From Vulcanimicrobiota bacterium (GTDB taxonomy: Bacteria; Vulcanimicrobiota; Xenobia; Xenobiales; JADMJV01), in assembly GCA_050250895.1 (NCBI GenBank), contig JBFWNU010000001.1, forward strand, positions 1,672,008 through 1,736,007: DNA of 64,000 nucleotides, in the 5' to 3' direction. This document shows, piece after piece, positions 1 to 9,469 of this stretch. Made by a program: the position numbers and the translations under genes. The notes below the pieces were generated by a model that did no database searches, was not told the DNA's origin, and was given only the letters and a program-made list of their open reading frames with translations. Numbering within the stretch: position 1 is the first letter of the stretch; each line of letters starts with the position of its first letter.

Positions 1-2
1 TT

Positions 3-974
3 CTGCGCGTCACCTATGAGCGCGAGGCTCTGGCTGATGTGCACGGCCACGCCCGCGAGTTTCTCGAGAACGAAATCTGTGGGGTGCTGGTGGGTGAGGT
101 CTGCCAGGACGGTCAAGGTCCTTTCGTCTGGGTGAAAGCGGCGATTCGCGGGGCCCACGCCAAGGAAAAGCGCACCGAGGTCGCTTTCACACAAGAGACC
201 TGGGAGACCATCCACAAGACCAAGGACGAGCGCTATCCCAAGCTGCAGATTGTCGGTTGGTATCACTCTCACCCCGGCTTTGGCGTCGAATTCTCCGAGA
301 TGGATATCTTCGTCCAGCAGAACTTCTTTCCGGCTCCTACTCAGATCGCGCTGGTGACCGACCCCCTGAGCGGCCAGCTGGCTATGCTGGTCTGCCGTGA
401 CAAGAAGCCTGTCTATCTCGAGCGTTTCTGGGTCGACGGCCGGGAGCACCAGGCCCAAACGCCCAGAGTGGCGTCAGCCTCCGGGGGTGGCGCCCCCGAC
501 CCGGCCACCGCCGAGAAGCTCAAGGCGGTCGAGACCCGCCTCAACCAGGTCATCGCCGCCGTGGATCGGCAGAGCACTTCACTGTATCGGTTCCAGGCGG
601 TTGCTCTGGGCATGCTGTTTGCGGCGCTGGCGTCCGGCCTGGCCTACAACGTTTGGAACGCTAGCAGCAAGACCTACAAGCCGCCCACCCTCAACAGCTA
701 CGCGCGGATTCCCGTCCAGGTTGGGGATCGCACCGTCTGGCTGGGCGTCCAGGTGGTCGACTGGGATGTGCCGCCTGAGCTCAACGCCGCTTACATCAAA
801 GCGGTGGAACGAAGACTGCAACTCGATTTTCCGCCTCCGCAGCAAGCGGTCCAGCCGTCGAGCGATTCGACGCCAACCGCATCCGAGACCCCGACCGAGA
901 CTTCCACCCCGGCCGAGCCAACGCCGGCCGAGACTTCGACCCCTGTTGACACAGCCACCCCTGAGGACCACTGA
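3..974 (+). CDS. JAB/MPN (JAMM) isopeptidase with coiled coil, TM helix and Pro/Thr-rich tail; 5'-truncated by window edge
   Basis: EICGVLVG...GWYHSHPGFGVEFSEMD fits the JAMM motif E-xn-HxH-x7-S-x2-D; frame is open back to position 3; hydrophobic VALGMLFAALASGLAYNVW. Confidence 0.85.
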   Translation: MRVTYEREALADVHGHAREFLENEICGVLVGEVCQDGQGPFVWVKAAIRGAHAKEKRTEVAFTQETWETIHKTKDERYPKLQIVGWYHSHPGFGVEFSEMDIFVQQNFFPAPTQIALVTDPLSGQLAMLVCRDKKPVYLERFWVDGREHQAQTPRVASASGGGAPDPATAEKLKAVETRLNQVIAAVDRQSTSLYRFQAVALGMLFAALASGLAYNVWNASSKTYKPPTLNSYARIPVQVGDRTVWLGVQVVDWDVPPELNAAYIKAVERRLQLDFPPPQQAVQPSSDSTPTASETPTETSTPAEPTPAETSTPVDTATPEDH

Positions 975-985
975 AAGGACCCGCC

Positions 986-2317
986 ATGCCCGAGAGAGAG
1001 TTTGCCTTGAAGATCACCCGCGAAGAGGCGATGGGAGAGCACGTCGATGACCTGTTGAAGCGCCAGAAGAGCCTTCGAGGCGAGTCGGCCGGTATCGACC
1101 GAGGCGGCAAGAAGGTCTGGTTTTACCAGAACTGGTTCGTCTTCATGATTGCCGGTTTGCTAGGAGCCTTGCTGGCCTGGGGTCTGCTCGAGCCCGCTTT
1201 TCAGGACCGGATCGAATGGCGCGGCACCCTCGAGACCCTCGACCTGCAGTCGGTTGCACCAGAGGGGCTCGAGGGCCAGGTTCAGGGCAAGTGCAAGGTG
1301 CGTGGCCAGGTCATCTACTTCTATCGCGACATGAAGCTGGCGGGATCGGGTGCGCCCTTCGACGCCAGCCAATTATCCATCGGCCAGGAGGTGGCATTCT
1401 ATATCGAGGGTGACGCAGTAGCCACCTATGTCGATCCAAATCCCCACGGGTCGTATTCTACCAGCAAGAGCCTGAGCGAACTCAGCAGTGCCTCGACCAT
1501 GGCGGCCATGGTGCTCTTTCCGCTGGTCGCCGGTATGGTGGGTCTTTTCATCGGAGCCGCCGACGGACTGGTCAGCCGGCTCATGGGTCGGGCCCTGGTC
1601 TGTGGTGGAGTGGGCCTGGTGGTGGGACTGATCGGCGGAGTCTTCTCTACCATCCTGGCCACCCTGGTCTACAATCTGCTGTCGGGGTGGGCCACCGATC
1701 ACACGGGCACGGCCGTGGCCGGCCTGAGCCTGTTCGGCTTCATGATGCAGGTGATCGCTCGCGCGCTGGGCTGGGCCCTGGCCGGACTGACCATGGGGCT
1801 GGGCCAGGGGATCGCCCTGCGTTCGTCGCGACTGGCCACTTACGGTCTGTTGGGCGGCGTCATCGGAGGTTTGCTGGGCGGGTTGTGCTTTGACCCCATC
1901 GACCTGCTGTTGCTGGGTGGCGACGGCCAGGTGAGCGCCCACCTGAGCCGCGGCGTCGGCATCGGCGTGATCGGCGCCGTGGTCGGCTTCACCATCGGCA
2001 TCGTCGAGCTGCTGGCTCGCGACAGCTGGCTGCAGATGCTCAAGGGGCCCCTTACCGGCAAGGAATTTCTGCTCTACAAAGACACGATGGTGCTGGGCGC
2101 CTCTCCCAAGTGCGACATCTATCTTTTTAGCGACGACCAGGTGCTGCCGATGCACGGCCAGATGCGCAGCGTGGGCGAAGAGACCGAGATCGAATCGCTG
2201 GACAGCGAAAATCCGGTTCTGGTCAACGGCCGGCCGGTGACCAGGTGTCGCCTCAACGGAGGCGATCAGATCACCATCGGCAAGACGGTCTTCTCCTACC
2301 GAAAGAAAAATCGATGA
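986..2317 (+). CDS. Multi-pass Gly-rich membrane protein with C-terminal FHA domain
   Basis: Many GxxxG-rich hydrophobic segments; C-terminal LGASPKCDIYL...PMHG...VLVNGRPV...LNGGDQITIGKTVF has the FHA pattern with a degenerate GR motif. Confidence 0.8.
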   Translation: MPEREFALKITREEAMGEHVDDLLKRQKSLRGESAGIDRGGKKVWFYQNWFVFMIAGLLGALLAWGLLEPAFQDRIEWRGTLETLDLQSVAPEGLEGQVQGKCKVRGQVIYFYRDMKLAGSGAPFDASQLSIGQEVAFYIEGDAVATYVDPNPHGSYSTSKSLSELSSASTMAAMVLFPLVAGMVGLFIGAADGLVSRLMGRALVCGGVGLVVGLIGGVFSTILATLVYNLLSGWATDHTGTAVAGLSLFGFMMQVIARALGWALAGLTMGLGQGIALRSSRLATYGLLGGVIGGLLGGLCFDPIDLLLLGGDGQVSAHLSRGVGIGVIGAVVGFTIGIVELLARDSWLQMLKGPLTGKEFLLYKDTMVLGASPKCDIYLFSDDQVLPMHGQMRSVGEETEIESLDSENPVLVNGRPVTRCRLNGGDQITIGKTVFSYRKKNR

Positions 2318-2874
2318 TCTGCCAGATCTGCCAGTGCCCGCTCGCAGAGGGCGAGCCGCGCCACACCTGTGGCGAGTGCAAGACGCCCTATCACCAGGAG
2401 TGCTACGAAGACAACCAGGGCTGCGCGGTCTATGGCTGCGCCAACGTGCCCAACACTGAGCAACTCGAGTCGTTCGAGGTGCCTACCGGCTACTGGGGGC
2501 AAGAAGATTGGCCCTGTCCCAACTGCGGCAAGCTGATCAAGGCGGTGGCCAAGCGCTGTAAGCACTGCGCCACCGTGTTCAATTCGGACCGGCCTCAAGA
2601 GCGCACGGAGTATCAGCAGGGCCGGCAGCTGCAGGTCGCCCGCAGCAGCACTCAGACCGGGGTGCTGGCCATCCTGGGTCTGTCGTTGCTGCCTTTCACC
2701 GCCCCGGTGGCGGCCGTGGCTGGCCCGCTGTGGTGGGCCAGCCGTCGTGACCACGTGAACAGCCTCGACGCTCTCCACGCCGGCTTACTGCGGGTGGGAG
2801 TGGGTGTGGCCTGGCTCGAGACCTTCTTGATGGGCTCTTTTGCCCTGGCCTATCTGATGAAAGGAGGGACTTGA
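2314..2874 (+). CDS. Prokaryotic RING-like zinc finger plus zinc ribbon plus TM helices (putative E3)
   Basis: CQIC...CGEC...HQECY...GCAVYGC RING-like pattern, then CPNC...CKHC ribbon, then two hydrophobic segments; ATGA overlap with upstream stop. Confidence 0.75.
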   Translation: MICQICQCPLAEGEPRHTCGECKTPYHQECYEDNQGCAVYGCANVPNTEQLESFEVPTGYWGQEDWPCPNCGKLIKAVAKRCKHCATVFNSDRPQERTEYQQGRQLQVARSSTQTGVLAILGLSLLPFTAPVAAVAGPLWWASRRDHVNSLDALHAGLLRVGVGVAWLETFLMGSFALAYLMKGGT

Positions 2875-3353
2875 TGCGACACCGCTTGCGCCGCTTGACG
2901 GCCGACTATTCGATGGTCTATCACGCCTTCTCGAGCCATCCTCACATCAAACTGCTATCGGCCGAGGGTGAGCCGCCCGAGAAGTATGTCTTCGAGTTCT
3001 CGCTACCCTCGCTGGTGCCGGGCCAGAAAGAGTCGCCTCCGGTGCCCGGCAACGTGCACCGGGCCGAGGTTTATCTGCCGGCCGACTATCCTCGCCGGCC
3101 GCCTTTTGCCCGTATGATCACCCCGGTCTACCATCCCAACATCGACCCCCAGAAAATCTGCATCGGCGACCACTGGAGCGCCGCTCAGACCCTGCAGCAG
3201 CTGGTGGTACAGATCGCCGAGATGCTCTGCTTTCAGGCCTATAACGTCAAGAGTCCGCTCAACGCCGAGGCGGCCGTCTGGGTGGGCCAGAACCTGGGCC
3301 GTCTGCCGCTGCTCAAGGCCGATCTGGGAGCCGGCTCACCACAGCCCTCCTAG
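2874..3353 (+). CDS. Ubiquitin-conjugating enzyme E2 (UBC fold)
   Basis: LRRLTADY N-terminal helix, YLPADYPRRPP, TPVYHPNIDPQKICI (HPN plus catalytic Cys), HWSAAQTL, SPLNAEAA; TGATG overlap. Confidence 0.9.
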   Translation: MRHRLRRLTADYSMVYHAFSSHPHIKLLSAEGEPPEKYVFEFSLPSLVPGQKESPPVPGNVHRAEVYLPADYPRRPPFARMITPVYHPNIDPQKICIGDHWSAAQTLQQLVVQIAEMLCFQAYNVKSPLNAEAAVWVGQNLGRLPLLKADLGAGSPQPS

Positions 3354-3710
3354 CCGCAAGAACCACAAGCCCAGGATGGTCAGCGCCACTCCGATGAAGG
3401 CCCTCTGGCTCAGGCCCGGCACCGGCAGGTCATAGCCGGCCGCCCGAGCGGTGTAAACGATGGCCCCAACCCAAAAAAGTGGATAGAGCACCAGGCTGAG
3501 GATGTTCTCGTGGGCGGCTTCGCCCCAGCGACCGGCCGACAGAGCCACGAAAGCGTGACTCATGCCGCAACCCGGGCACTTCAATCCGGTGGTAGCGCGC
3601 AGTACACACACGGTGGCGTCGCCGGGGGCGGGGGTGAGGAAAAACGAGACCACCAGGCAGGCCCATAAAAAGATGGCCGTGGCCGCGGCCTTGTGGCGCG
3701 GGTCGGTCAA
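3336..3710 (-). CDS. DUF2752-family membrane protein
   Basis: CVLRATTGLKCPGCGMSHAF motif between TM helices; TTG start overlapping the Uma2 stop. Confidence 0.75.
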   Translation of the reverse strand: MTDPRHKAAATAIFLWACLVVSFFLTPAPGDATVCVLRATTGLKCPGCGMSHAFVALSAGRWGEAAHENILSLVLYPLFWVGAIVYTARAAGYDLPVPGLSQRAFIGVALTILGLWFLRLGGLW

Positions 3711-4297
3711 TCCTGGTCCGGCACAGGAGCCATCAGGTGGCCCACCACCAGCGCGGGCCCGGGCACTTGAGCCGGGGTGATCTCGTCGTCGGGTTGCCAC
3801 ACCCGACGCAGGCTGTAAGAGGCGCCGAACGGGGCGGTGGTGTCTTTTTGCGGCTGCAGGTGTTGCTCGAGACAACGATCGACCAGGTTGACGATCCAAT
3901 ATTCCGGCACCCCGGCACTGGCGTAGAGGCTGGTCTTCTTGAGGCGATCGTAGGCCAGTGAAGTGAAGGACACCTCGATGACCAGATCGGCGCAGGTCGG
4001 ATGGCGGCGGGCCGCCCCTTGCTGTTCGGGGCGAACGAGGGCGAAGTCTGGCTCGGGCTCGGAGTATTCGCCCACCTGGATGGGTAAGCCGACTCGGACC
4101 AGATGGGTCTGTCCGTAGGCCCGCACCAGCAAGTTATTGGCCAGGGCCACCGAATCACTATGCATTTTATCGTGAGCGCTCAAGGGCAGAACCTCTCCAT
4201 CGATCAACTCCACCCGCTCATGGGGCCCGATCACCCCGACCTCGGCCATCTTGTTGTATTCGTCCACCGTCCAGCGACGCGGTGAGAGTTCTAGCAT
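3707..4297 (-). CDS. Uma2 family endonuclease-like protein
   Basis: RRWTVDEYNKM, RVELIDGE, SEPEPD, LVIEVS, KTSLYASAGVPEYWIVNL. Confidence 0.9.
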   Translation of the reverse strand: MLELSPRRWTVDEYNKMAEVGVIGPHERVELIDGEVLPLSAHDKMHSDSVALANNLLVRAYGQTHLVRVGLPIQVGEYSEPEPDFALVRPEQQGAARRHPTCADLVIEVSFTSLAYDRLKKTSLYASAGVPEYWIVNLVDRCLEQHLQPQKDTTAPFGASYSLRRVWQPDDEITPAQVPGPALVVGHLMAPVPDQD

Positions 4298-4369
4298 AGC
4301 CACTACTTCTGCGAGCCTGGCGGCCATCCCTCGGGCGGGGCTTTGAGGCCGGGTTGCGAACGAGTGGGG

Positions 4370-5683
4370 GTGGAGAAGTTTGCCTTTCTTCGTCTGGACC
4401 GGCTGCCGTCGCCGGACCGTGACGATCTTTTGTTGCAGTTGCCAGGACGGATGCGCGAGATCGGCTATGACCAACAGCTGGCCAGCTCGGCGGCGGCGCT
4501 CAACCAGGGGCCGGTGGCCCTGGCCGCTCTGTTACGGCGCACTGCCGATGGCCAGCCGGCTCAGCTGGCCTATCGCCTCTGGCTGCTGGCTCAGTGGCTC
4601 TCGTCGGAGCAGGCCGCCCAGGTCTTCGGCCCGGATTTGCTCGAGCGGTTACTGGAATGGGGTCTGCTGGCCGAGGTGGAGGGCCGGGTAGGAGCGACCG
4701 TCGATCTCTATCCGGTGGGCGGCGACTATCTGGCCACCGACCGCCAGATCGGCCTGGGTAGACGCCTGGAGGCTGTCTACCCCCCCGGCATCGATAGCTA
4801 CTCTTTACGTCGGATGTTGCCTTCCTTTAAGGTTGAGCGGGCTCTCGACCTTTGTACCGGCTCGGGTATTCAAGCTCTGGGTCTTAAGGCGGATCACACC
4901 GAGGCCGTCGACCTGTCTCCAAGAGCGGCCGAGTTTGCCGACTTCAATTTCGCCCTCAACCAGCCGAGCCGCAGCCGGGCCATCCATCAGGGAGCGCTTT
5001 TCGAGCCGCTGGCTGACCGGCCCTATGACCTGATTGTGAGCAACCCGCCCTGGGTGCCGACCCCTGACGGCGAGGTCGAACTCTTCCGAGGCGGCGGCCT
5101 CGATGGCGAGTTCATCACCCGTCAGATCTTCGAAGGGGCGGCCCAATGGCTGGCTCCCGAGGGCCGTTTGGTGGTCTATGTCGAGTACCCTCATCTGAAG
5201 GGTCAGTCCTATCCCGAACGAGTTCGCGGGTGGCTGGGCCAGGGCGATTGGGGGATCGCCCTGGTCAACATGCTCCACCTGTCCACCGAAGAATACGTGG
5301 CCGGCCAGGTGGCCAGCCACACCGGCCAGGATATCGACCGCGAGTTCGAACGCTGGATGCTGGGATATGAGCGGGCCGGCATCGAGGCCATGAGTCGGGC
5401 GGTGGTCTATGTGGTGCCAGGTGGCCCGTTCGAGGTGTGCCTCGAGGCCAGCCACCCGACCGAAAGCCAGGACTGGGTCGGGTCCTGGCTCGAGAATCTC
5501 GGTCGGTCGGGCACTCGGCTGCATTCGAAAGCGCAGCTCTGGACCAGCGGCGAGCGGGCTCGGGTAGAATGGCCCGGTAGCTGTCTTCATCCGGTGGAAC
5601 TCGACCCGACCGAGCAGGCCGCGCTGACGGGTCAGGCGGGCCAATTCGCAGTCGCGCTTCGGGCCCGGATGATCTTGGAGTAG
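4370..5683 (+). CDS. Class I SAM-dependent methyltransferase (HemK/MTS-like)
   Basis: LDLCTGSG motif I and VSNPPW motif IV; start uncertain (4343 or 4370). Confidence 0.8.
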   Translation: MEKFAFLRLDRLPSPDRDDLLLQLPGRMREIGYDQQLASSAAALNQGPVALAALLRRTADGQPAQLAYRLWLLAQWLSSEQAAQVFGPDLLERLLEWGLLAEVEGRVGATVDLYPVGGDYLATDRQIGLGRRLEAVYPPGIDSYSLRRMLPSFKVERALDLCTGSGIQALGLKADHTEAVDLSPRAAEFADFNFALNQPSRSRAIHQGALFEPLADRPYDLIVSNPPWVPTPDGEVELFRGGGLDGEFITRQIFEGAAQWLAPEGRLVVYVEYPHLKGQSYPERVRGWLGQGDWGIALVNMLHLSTEEYVAGQVASHTGQDIDREFERWMLGYERAGIEAMSRAVVYVVPGGPFEVCLEASHPTESQDWVGSWLENLGRSGTRLHSKAQLWTSGERARVEWPGSCLHPVELDPTEQAALTGQAGQFAVALRARMILE

Positions 5684-5718
5684 GGGCTACTTCTGGCGTT
5701 GCCAGGTCGCCTTGAACC

Positions 5719-7050
5719 TCATCCTCCGTCGCTGGAAGTGTTGCCGGGCCAGAAGTGGCGCAGCACCGCGTCGCCAAATCGCCGCATCGGCCAGGGGCGT
5801 GTCTGCTTGAGAAAGCGGGCCCAGTTGGGGGGCGCGCCCAGAGCCATGTGGTTGTCGGCGCAATAGCCGGGTTCGGCCAGGTGGATCGAGATACCGCTGG
5901 CAAAGCCGCGATGTTGGTGGTCGGTGCGCTGGGCCACCACGGTTTGCTCGAGCACCTGGCGGGTGGCCTCGACCGCCTGTTTGACCGCCGGGTCGGTGCA
6001 GTGCCAGTCGAGCTGCTGGAGCACTTCGCCGAGGTCACGAAGCTTGACCAGCGGGTTGAAGACGGCCCCCAGGGGACCGGGCGCCTGGGCCAGCGGGGTG
6101 GTGGCGGCCAGGGCGTCGAGGATCTGGCTGCGATGGCCGTTCTCGAGGGCCTGCCCGAGCGCCTCGCCGAGATTGTCGACTCGACCGGCCAGCAGGGGGA
6201 TGTGGTGGGTGTCGATGGCCGACAGCGGGCCGGAACGACCGCCGGCCAGCTGGACCAGCTTCTGGGCCGACTGGCGCGGGTCATCGCCCAGGGCTTTGGC
6301 CAGGCTGCCCGAGGGTAGCCCCGTGACGTTCATCAGGTCTTCTGAGGCGACGATGAATCGAGCCGTGGGAGCCAGATGCTGGAGCACTTCCAGGCTGGCC
6401 CCGCGACACTGCTCGAGCAACAGCAACTCGACCTTCTTACCGCGCTGGTCGCGCAGGGCCAGCAGCCCTTCGGTGACCGTATTCTTGGCCACGCCGCCAT
6501 AGTGGGTCGGGCCGCCGTGGCCAGCCAGATTCACGGCCAGAAACCGCGAGGGAAACTGGCGCGCCTTGTCGGTCAGGTTCTCGACCAACTGGGCAGTGCT
6601 CGGCTGCCGGGTCTGGTCGCTCGCTTCGAGCAGTTGCCCGTCGCCGAGATTGTAGGTTCGGGTGCCGCGCCAGTCGGGTTGCTGACCCACGTCGCGATGA
6701 AGATTGGCCCGGCCCAACTCGTTGAGCCCGCTCAAGGCCAACACCGGCGAGAAGAGGGCACCGAGCAATAGCGGGGGCCAGAGCAGGGCAGCCGCCGGAA
6801 TGGCCACCGCCCCCGCCAGTTGAGCCGCCCCCAGGGCTCGGGTCAACCACTTGTTGCTCGGTTTGCGACGCACCTGGGCCACCAGGTGGTGGTCGGCGGC
6901 ACCTGCCTCGAACGAATCGCCAAGCTTGCGCATAGCCCACGGTTCGGTATCGACGTGGGTGGCGTCGACCTGACTTAGGACCGTCCATGGCTTGGTTTGG
7001 GCCACCTTGCCCGGGGTTACCTGCCCGGGCAAAATACGACCAGGATTCAT
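5719..7050 (-). CDS. Clostripain-like (C11) cysteine peptidase domain protein with TM hairpin
   Basis: VNLAGHGG (His) and LLLEQCRGASLEV...FIVASED (Cys) resemble the clostripain dyad. Confidence 0.6.
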   Translation of the reverse strand: MNPGRILPGQVTPGKVAQTKPWTVLSQVDATHVDTEPWAMRKLGDSFEAGAADHHLVAQVRRKPSNKWLTRALGAAQLAGAVAIPAAALLWPPLLLGALFSPVLALSGLNELGRANLHRDVGQQPDWRGTRTYNLGDGQLLEASDQTRQPSTAQLVENLTDKARQFPSRFLAVNLAGHGGPTHYGGVAKNTVTEGLLALRDQRGKKVELLLLEQCRGASLEVLQHLAPTARFIVASEDLMNVTGLPSGSLAKALGDDPRQSAQKLVQLAGGRSGPLSAIDTHHIPLLAGRVDNLGEALGQALENGHRSQILDALAATTPLAQAPGPLGAVFNPLVKLRDLGEVLQQLDWHCTDPAVKQAVEATRQVLEQTVVAQRTDHQHRGFASGISIHLAEPGYCADNHMALGAPPNWARFLKQTRPWPMRRFGDAVLRHFWPGNTSSDGG

Positions 7051-7091
7051 CCCTGACTAATTGGCTACCGAGGTTCTGGAATCATTCTGCC

Positions 7092-8513
7092 TCAGGCTCG
7101 AAGCGCACAGTTCTTGACCGCCTCCATCAGGCTCGAAGGCGAGTCTGGGTGGGCATCAAACCAGGCCAGGAAGGCTTGCTCGAACATCTCGGCGGCCGTT
7201 TCTCCGGGCAGGGCCTCCAACTGAGCGATCAGTTCTTGTTGGCTCCTTACGCCCCGCGAGTCGTTTTGCGCGGCCAGGTCACCGCGAGCCACGGTTAGAA
7301 TCGCTTCGCGAGGGATGGACGCCCCTTTGCCGACCCCCTGGGCCGGCTTGTTAAAGGCCTCGATGATGGTACTTTCGTTAAGAGTAATCGAGTTCGGAAT
7401 CCAGCTTCTGTTGCTCTGAGCCTCGCGAAGAGTGTCGTCCAGCCTCTGGCTGCCCAAACAGGCCGCCCCCAGGCCGGCCATCGCTCCCAAGATTCCAACG
7501 AGCATGGCCCCCTCGGGCGGCACCACCAGGCAGATTCCTAGGGTTGCCCCTGCGGTCGCGGCCATCCCCAGACAGGTTGCGACGGTATTGCCCGCTCTGA
7601 CGCTTCGGGCCCAGCGCTGCTCGCTCTGGTTGAGGGGAGTAAAGCCGAAGTCAGAATAGGCGTCCCGGCATCGCCGAGTCACCTCCAGCAAGGTATCGCC
7701 TTCTACGTGCGTCACCGCCTGAGAGAGTTTTCGGTAGAATTTCGCTCGCTCGTGATCGAGGTTTTCCACCGCCAGAGCAGAGTGGGCCTGGAGGTGCTTC
7801 ACCACCTCCATCCGAGGCGCGGTAAGAGCGGTCAAGGCCGGCGTCATCGGCTTGCCGGCCATCTCCAGGGTCGCCTGGATGCGTTGCTTGTCGTCGGCAG
7901 CCAGCGAGAACGACGAGGCCTGTTGGGTCAGTCGCTCGCCAATCGAAGGCGGAAGACGGCGAAAGTCGGGGTCCAGGCGAAGAAGACTGGCCATGAAGAC
8001 AGGGTCGTCGCAAGAGGTCAACTCGGGCATCGTCACCTTCAGGTCGACCGAGCCGTCGGCATAGGCCCGGGAATAGAGCGTGTCGAGCCCAGACTCGAGA
8101 TAGACCTTGCGGGTGGCCTCGGGTTCGTCTTGCGAGCCCAATACCAGATCGTAGGCGGCTTTGCCTAGTGCGCCGAGAGTCACCTCGGGTTGGGCCATGT
8201 GCTTGAGGGCCACCAAACCACCTCGGAGCGCCGCCGACTGTCGCGTCGACGAGCCGATCTCGGCTGCCTTGCGCTGCAGGCTTCGCAAGGCTCGTCTCTG
8301 TCCGCGCGTCAGGTCGAGGTTGCGGCTGGCGTTCTCGAGAGCGAGCACAGCGCTGGCTGGCTTCTTTAGGGCCAGTTCGATCCAGCCTTCCAGTTGTCGG
8401 TCGAGCGGGGAGAACTGGATGTCGACCACATCCTGGACGGTAGCCGTCTGGCTGCTCGAGGCCCGAGACGCGGTCGTTCGAATTGGGGGCGAGGCTTGAT
8501 TGGAAATGAGCAT
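7092..8513 (-). CDS. Hypothetical protein with Ser/Thr-rich N-terminus and two TM helices
   Basis: Long ORF; AAAGGAG SD before ATG 8513. Confidence 0.65.
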   Translation of the reverse strand: MLISNQASPPIRTTASRASSSQTATVQDVVDIQFSPLDRQLEGWIELALKKPASAVLALENASRNLDLTRGQRRALRSLQRKAAEIGSSTRQSAALRGGLVALKHMAQPEVTLGALGKAAYDLVLGSQDEPEATRKVYLESGLDTLYSRAYADGSVDLKVTMPELTSCDDPVFMASLLRLDPDFRRLPPSIGERLTQQASSFSLAADDKQRIQATLEMAGKPMTPALTALTAPRMEVVKHLQAHSALAVENLDHERAKFYRKLSQAVTHVEGDTLLEVTRRCRDAYSDFGFTPLNQSEQRWARSVRAGNTVATCLGMAATAGATLGICLVVPPEGAMLVGILGAMAGLGAACLGSQRLDDTLREAQSNRSWIPNSITLNESTIIEAFNKPAQGVGKGASIPREAILTVARGDLAAQNDSRGVRSQQELIAQLEALPGETAAEMFEQAFLAWFDAHPDSPSSLMEAVKNCALRA

Positions 8514-8533
8514 GAGGATTCTCCTTTGTTGCC

Positions 8534-8598
8534 AGGCTACCGGGTAGCGGAAAACCAGGAGCAAAATCGAGGGGCCAGCCATGTAAAAAGGATGTTAC
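8534..8598 (-). promoter_or_regulatory. Direct-repeat site GTAACA-N5-TTTACA with candidate -10 TAGCCT
   Basis: Half-sites at 8593-8598 and 8582-8587; -10 at 8534-8539, 42 nt away. Confidence 0.45.
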
Positions 8599-8709
8599 CG
8601 AACCATCGAGATGACTCGCACAACCCCGGTGAGCCGGTCCCGAAGCTTCCTTGTCTTTCGCTTTGACCGTGCCTTCCTGTTCACCATCGAGGCCGAATCC
8701 GAAGGTCGG

Positions 8710-9321
8710 CTAGACCCAGCGCAAGACCGTCTCGAGGCTCTTGCGTGAGGTCGGTCGGGGCTCTTCGGCCGCATATCCCAGGGCCACCAACAGGGCCATC
8801 TGCCAGCCGTTCGGTATGCCCAGCCTGGCCTCGATGCGGTCGGCCGCCAGTAACGGGCCCGTCATACAGGTGGCTCCAAGGCCTCGGGCATGGGCGGCCA
8901 GCAACAAGTTCTGCACGGCCAGAGAAGTGCTGGCCAACCCGGAGTACAGTTCGAGACGCTCGATGGTCTGGCTGGGCTCGATCATTTGCGATAACAGCGT
9001 CAGAGGGCGAAAGGCCGGCACGATGACCACCGGAGCCTCGCGAAAGCGTACGAAATAGTCACCGTAGCGGGTGAAGGCAGGTAGTTCCTCAGGCGGCAAA
9101 ACCGCCTGCACCTCGGCCACCGCCTCCTGGACTGCCTGGGCCAGCTCGTCGATGAGCTCGGGTCGGTCGGTGACGAAGAAACGCCACGGCTGATTGTTGC
9201 TGGCCGAGGGAGCAGTGATGGCAAGCTCGAGCAGCTCTTCGACCAAAGACCGTTCGGGCCGGCGCTGGCTAAATCGCCTGACCGTGCGGCGGGTCCGCAT
9301 CACCATTTCCCAGTCGCTCAC
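8710..9321 (-). CDS. Nitroreductase family protein
   Basis: RRTVRRF, APSASNNQPWRF, QNLLLAAHARGLGATCM, LVALGY. Confidence 0.9.
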   Translation of the reverse strand: MSDWEMVMRTRRTVRRFSQRRPERSLVEELLELAITAPSASNNQPWRFFVTDRPELIDELAQAVQEAVAEVQAVLPPEELPAFTRYGDYFVRFREAPVVIVPAFRPLTLLSQMIEPSQTIERLELYSGLASTSLAVQNLLLAAHARGLGATCMTGPLLAADRIEARLGIPNGWQMALLVALGYAAEEPRPTSRKSLETVLRWV

Positions 9322-9469
9322 GGCCAGCGGTTCGCGACTGGGCGCTTTCAGTCTTTCTTAAGCCTGGCGGGCTAGATTCAGGACAAGACCATGGGACCGT
9401 TGCCGGAAGTTCCACGCCATCTTCCTCCGGCACGCGCAGGGGGTCGACCCCAGACGAAAGGCGTGGAAA

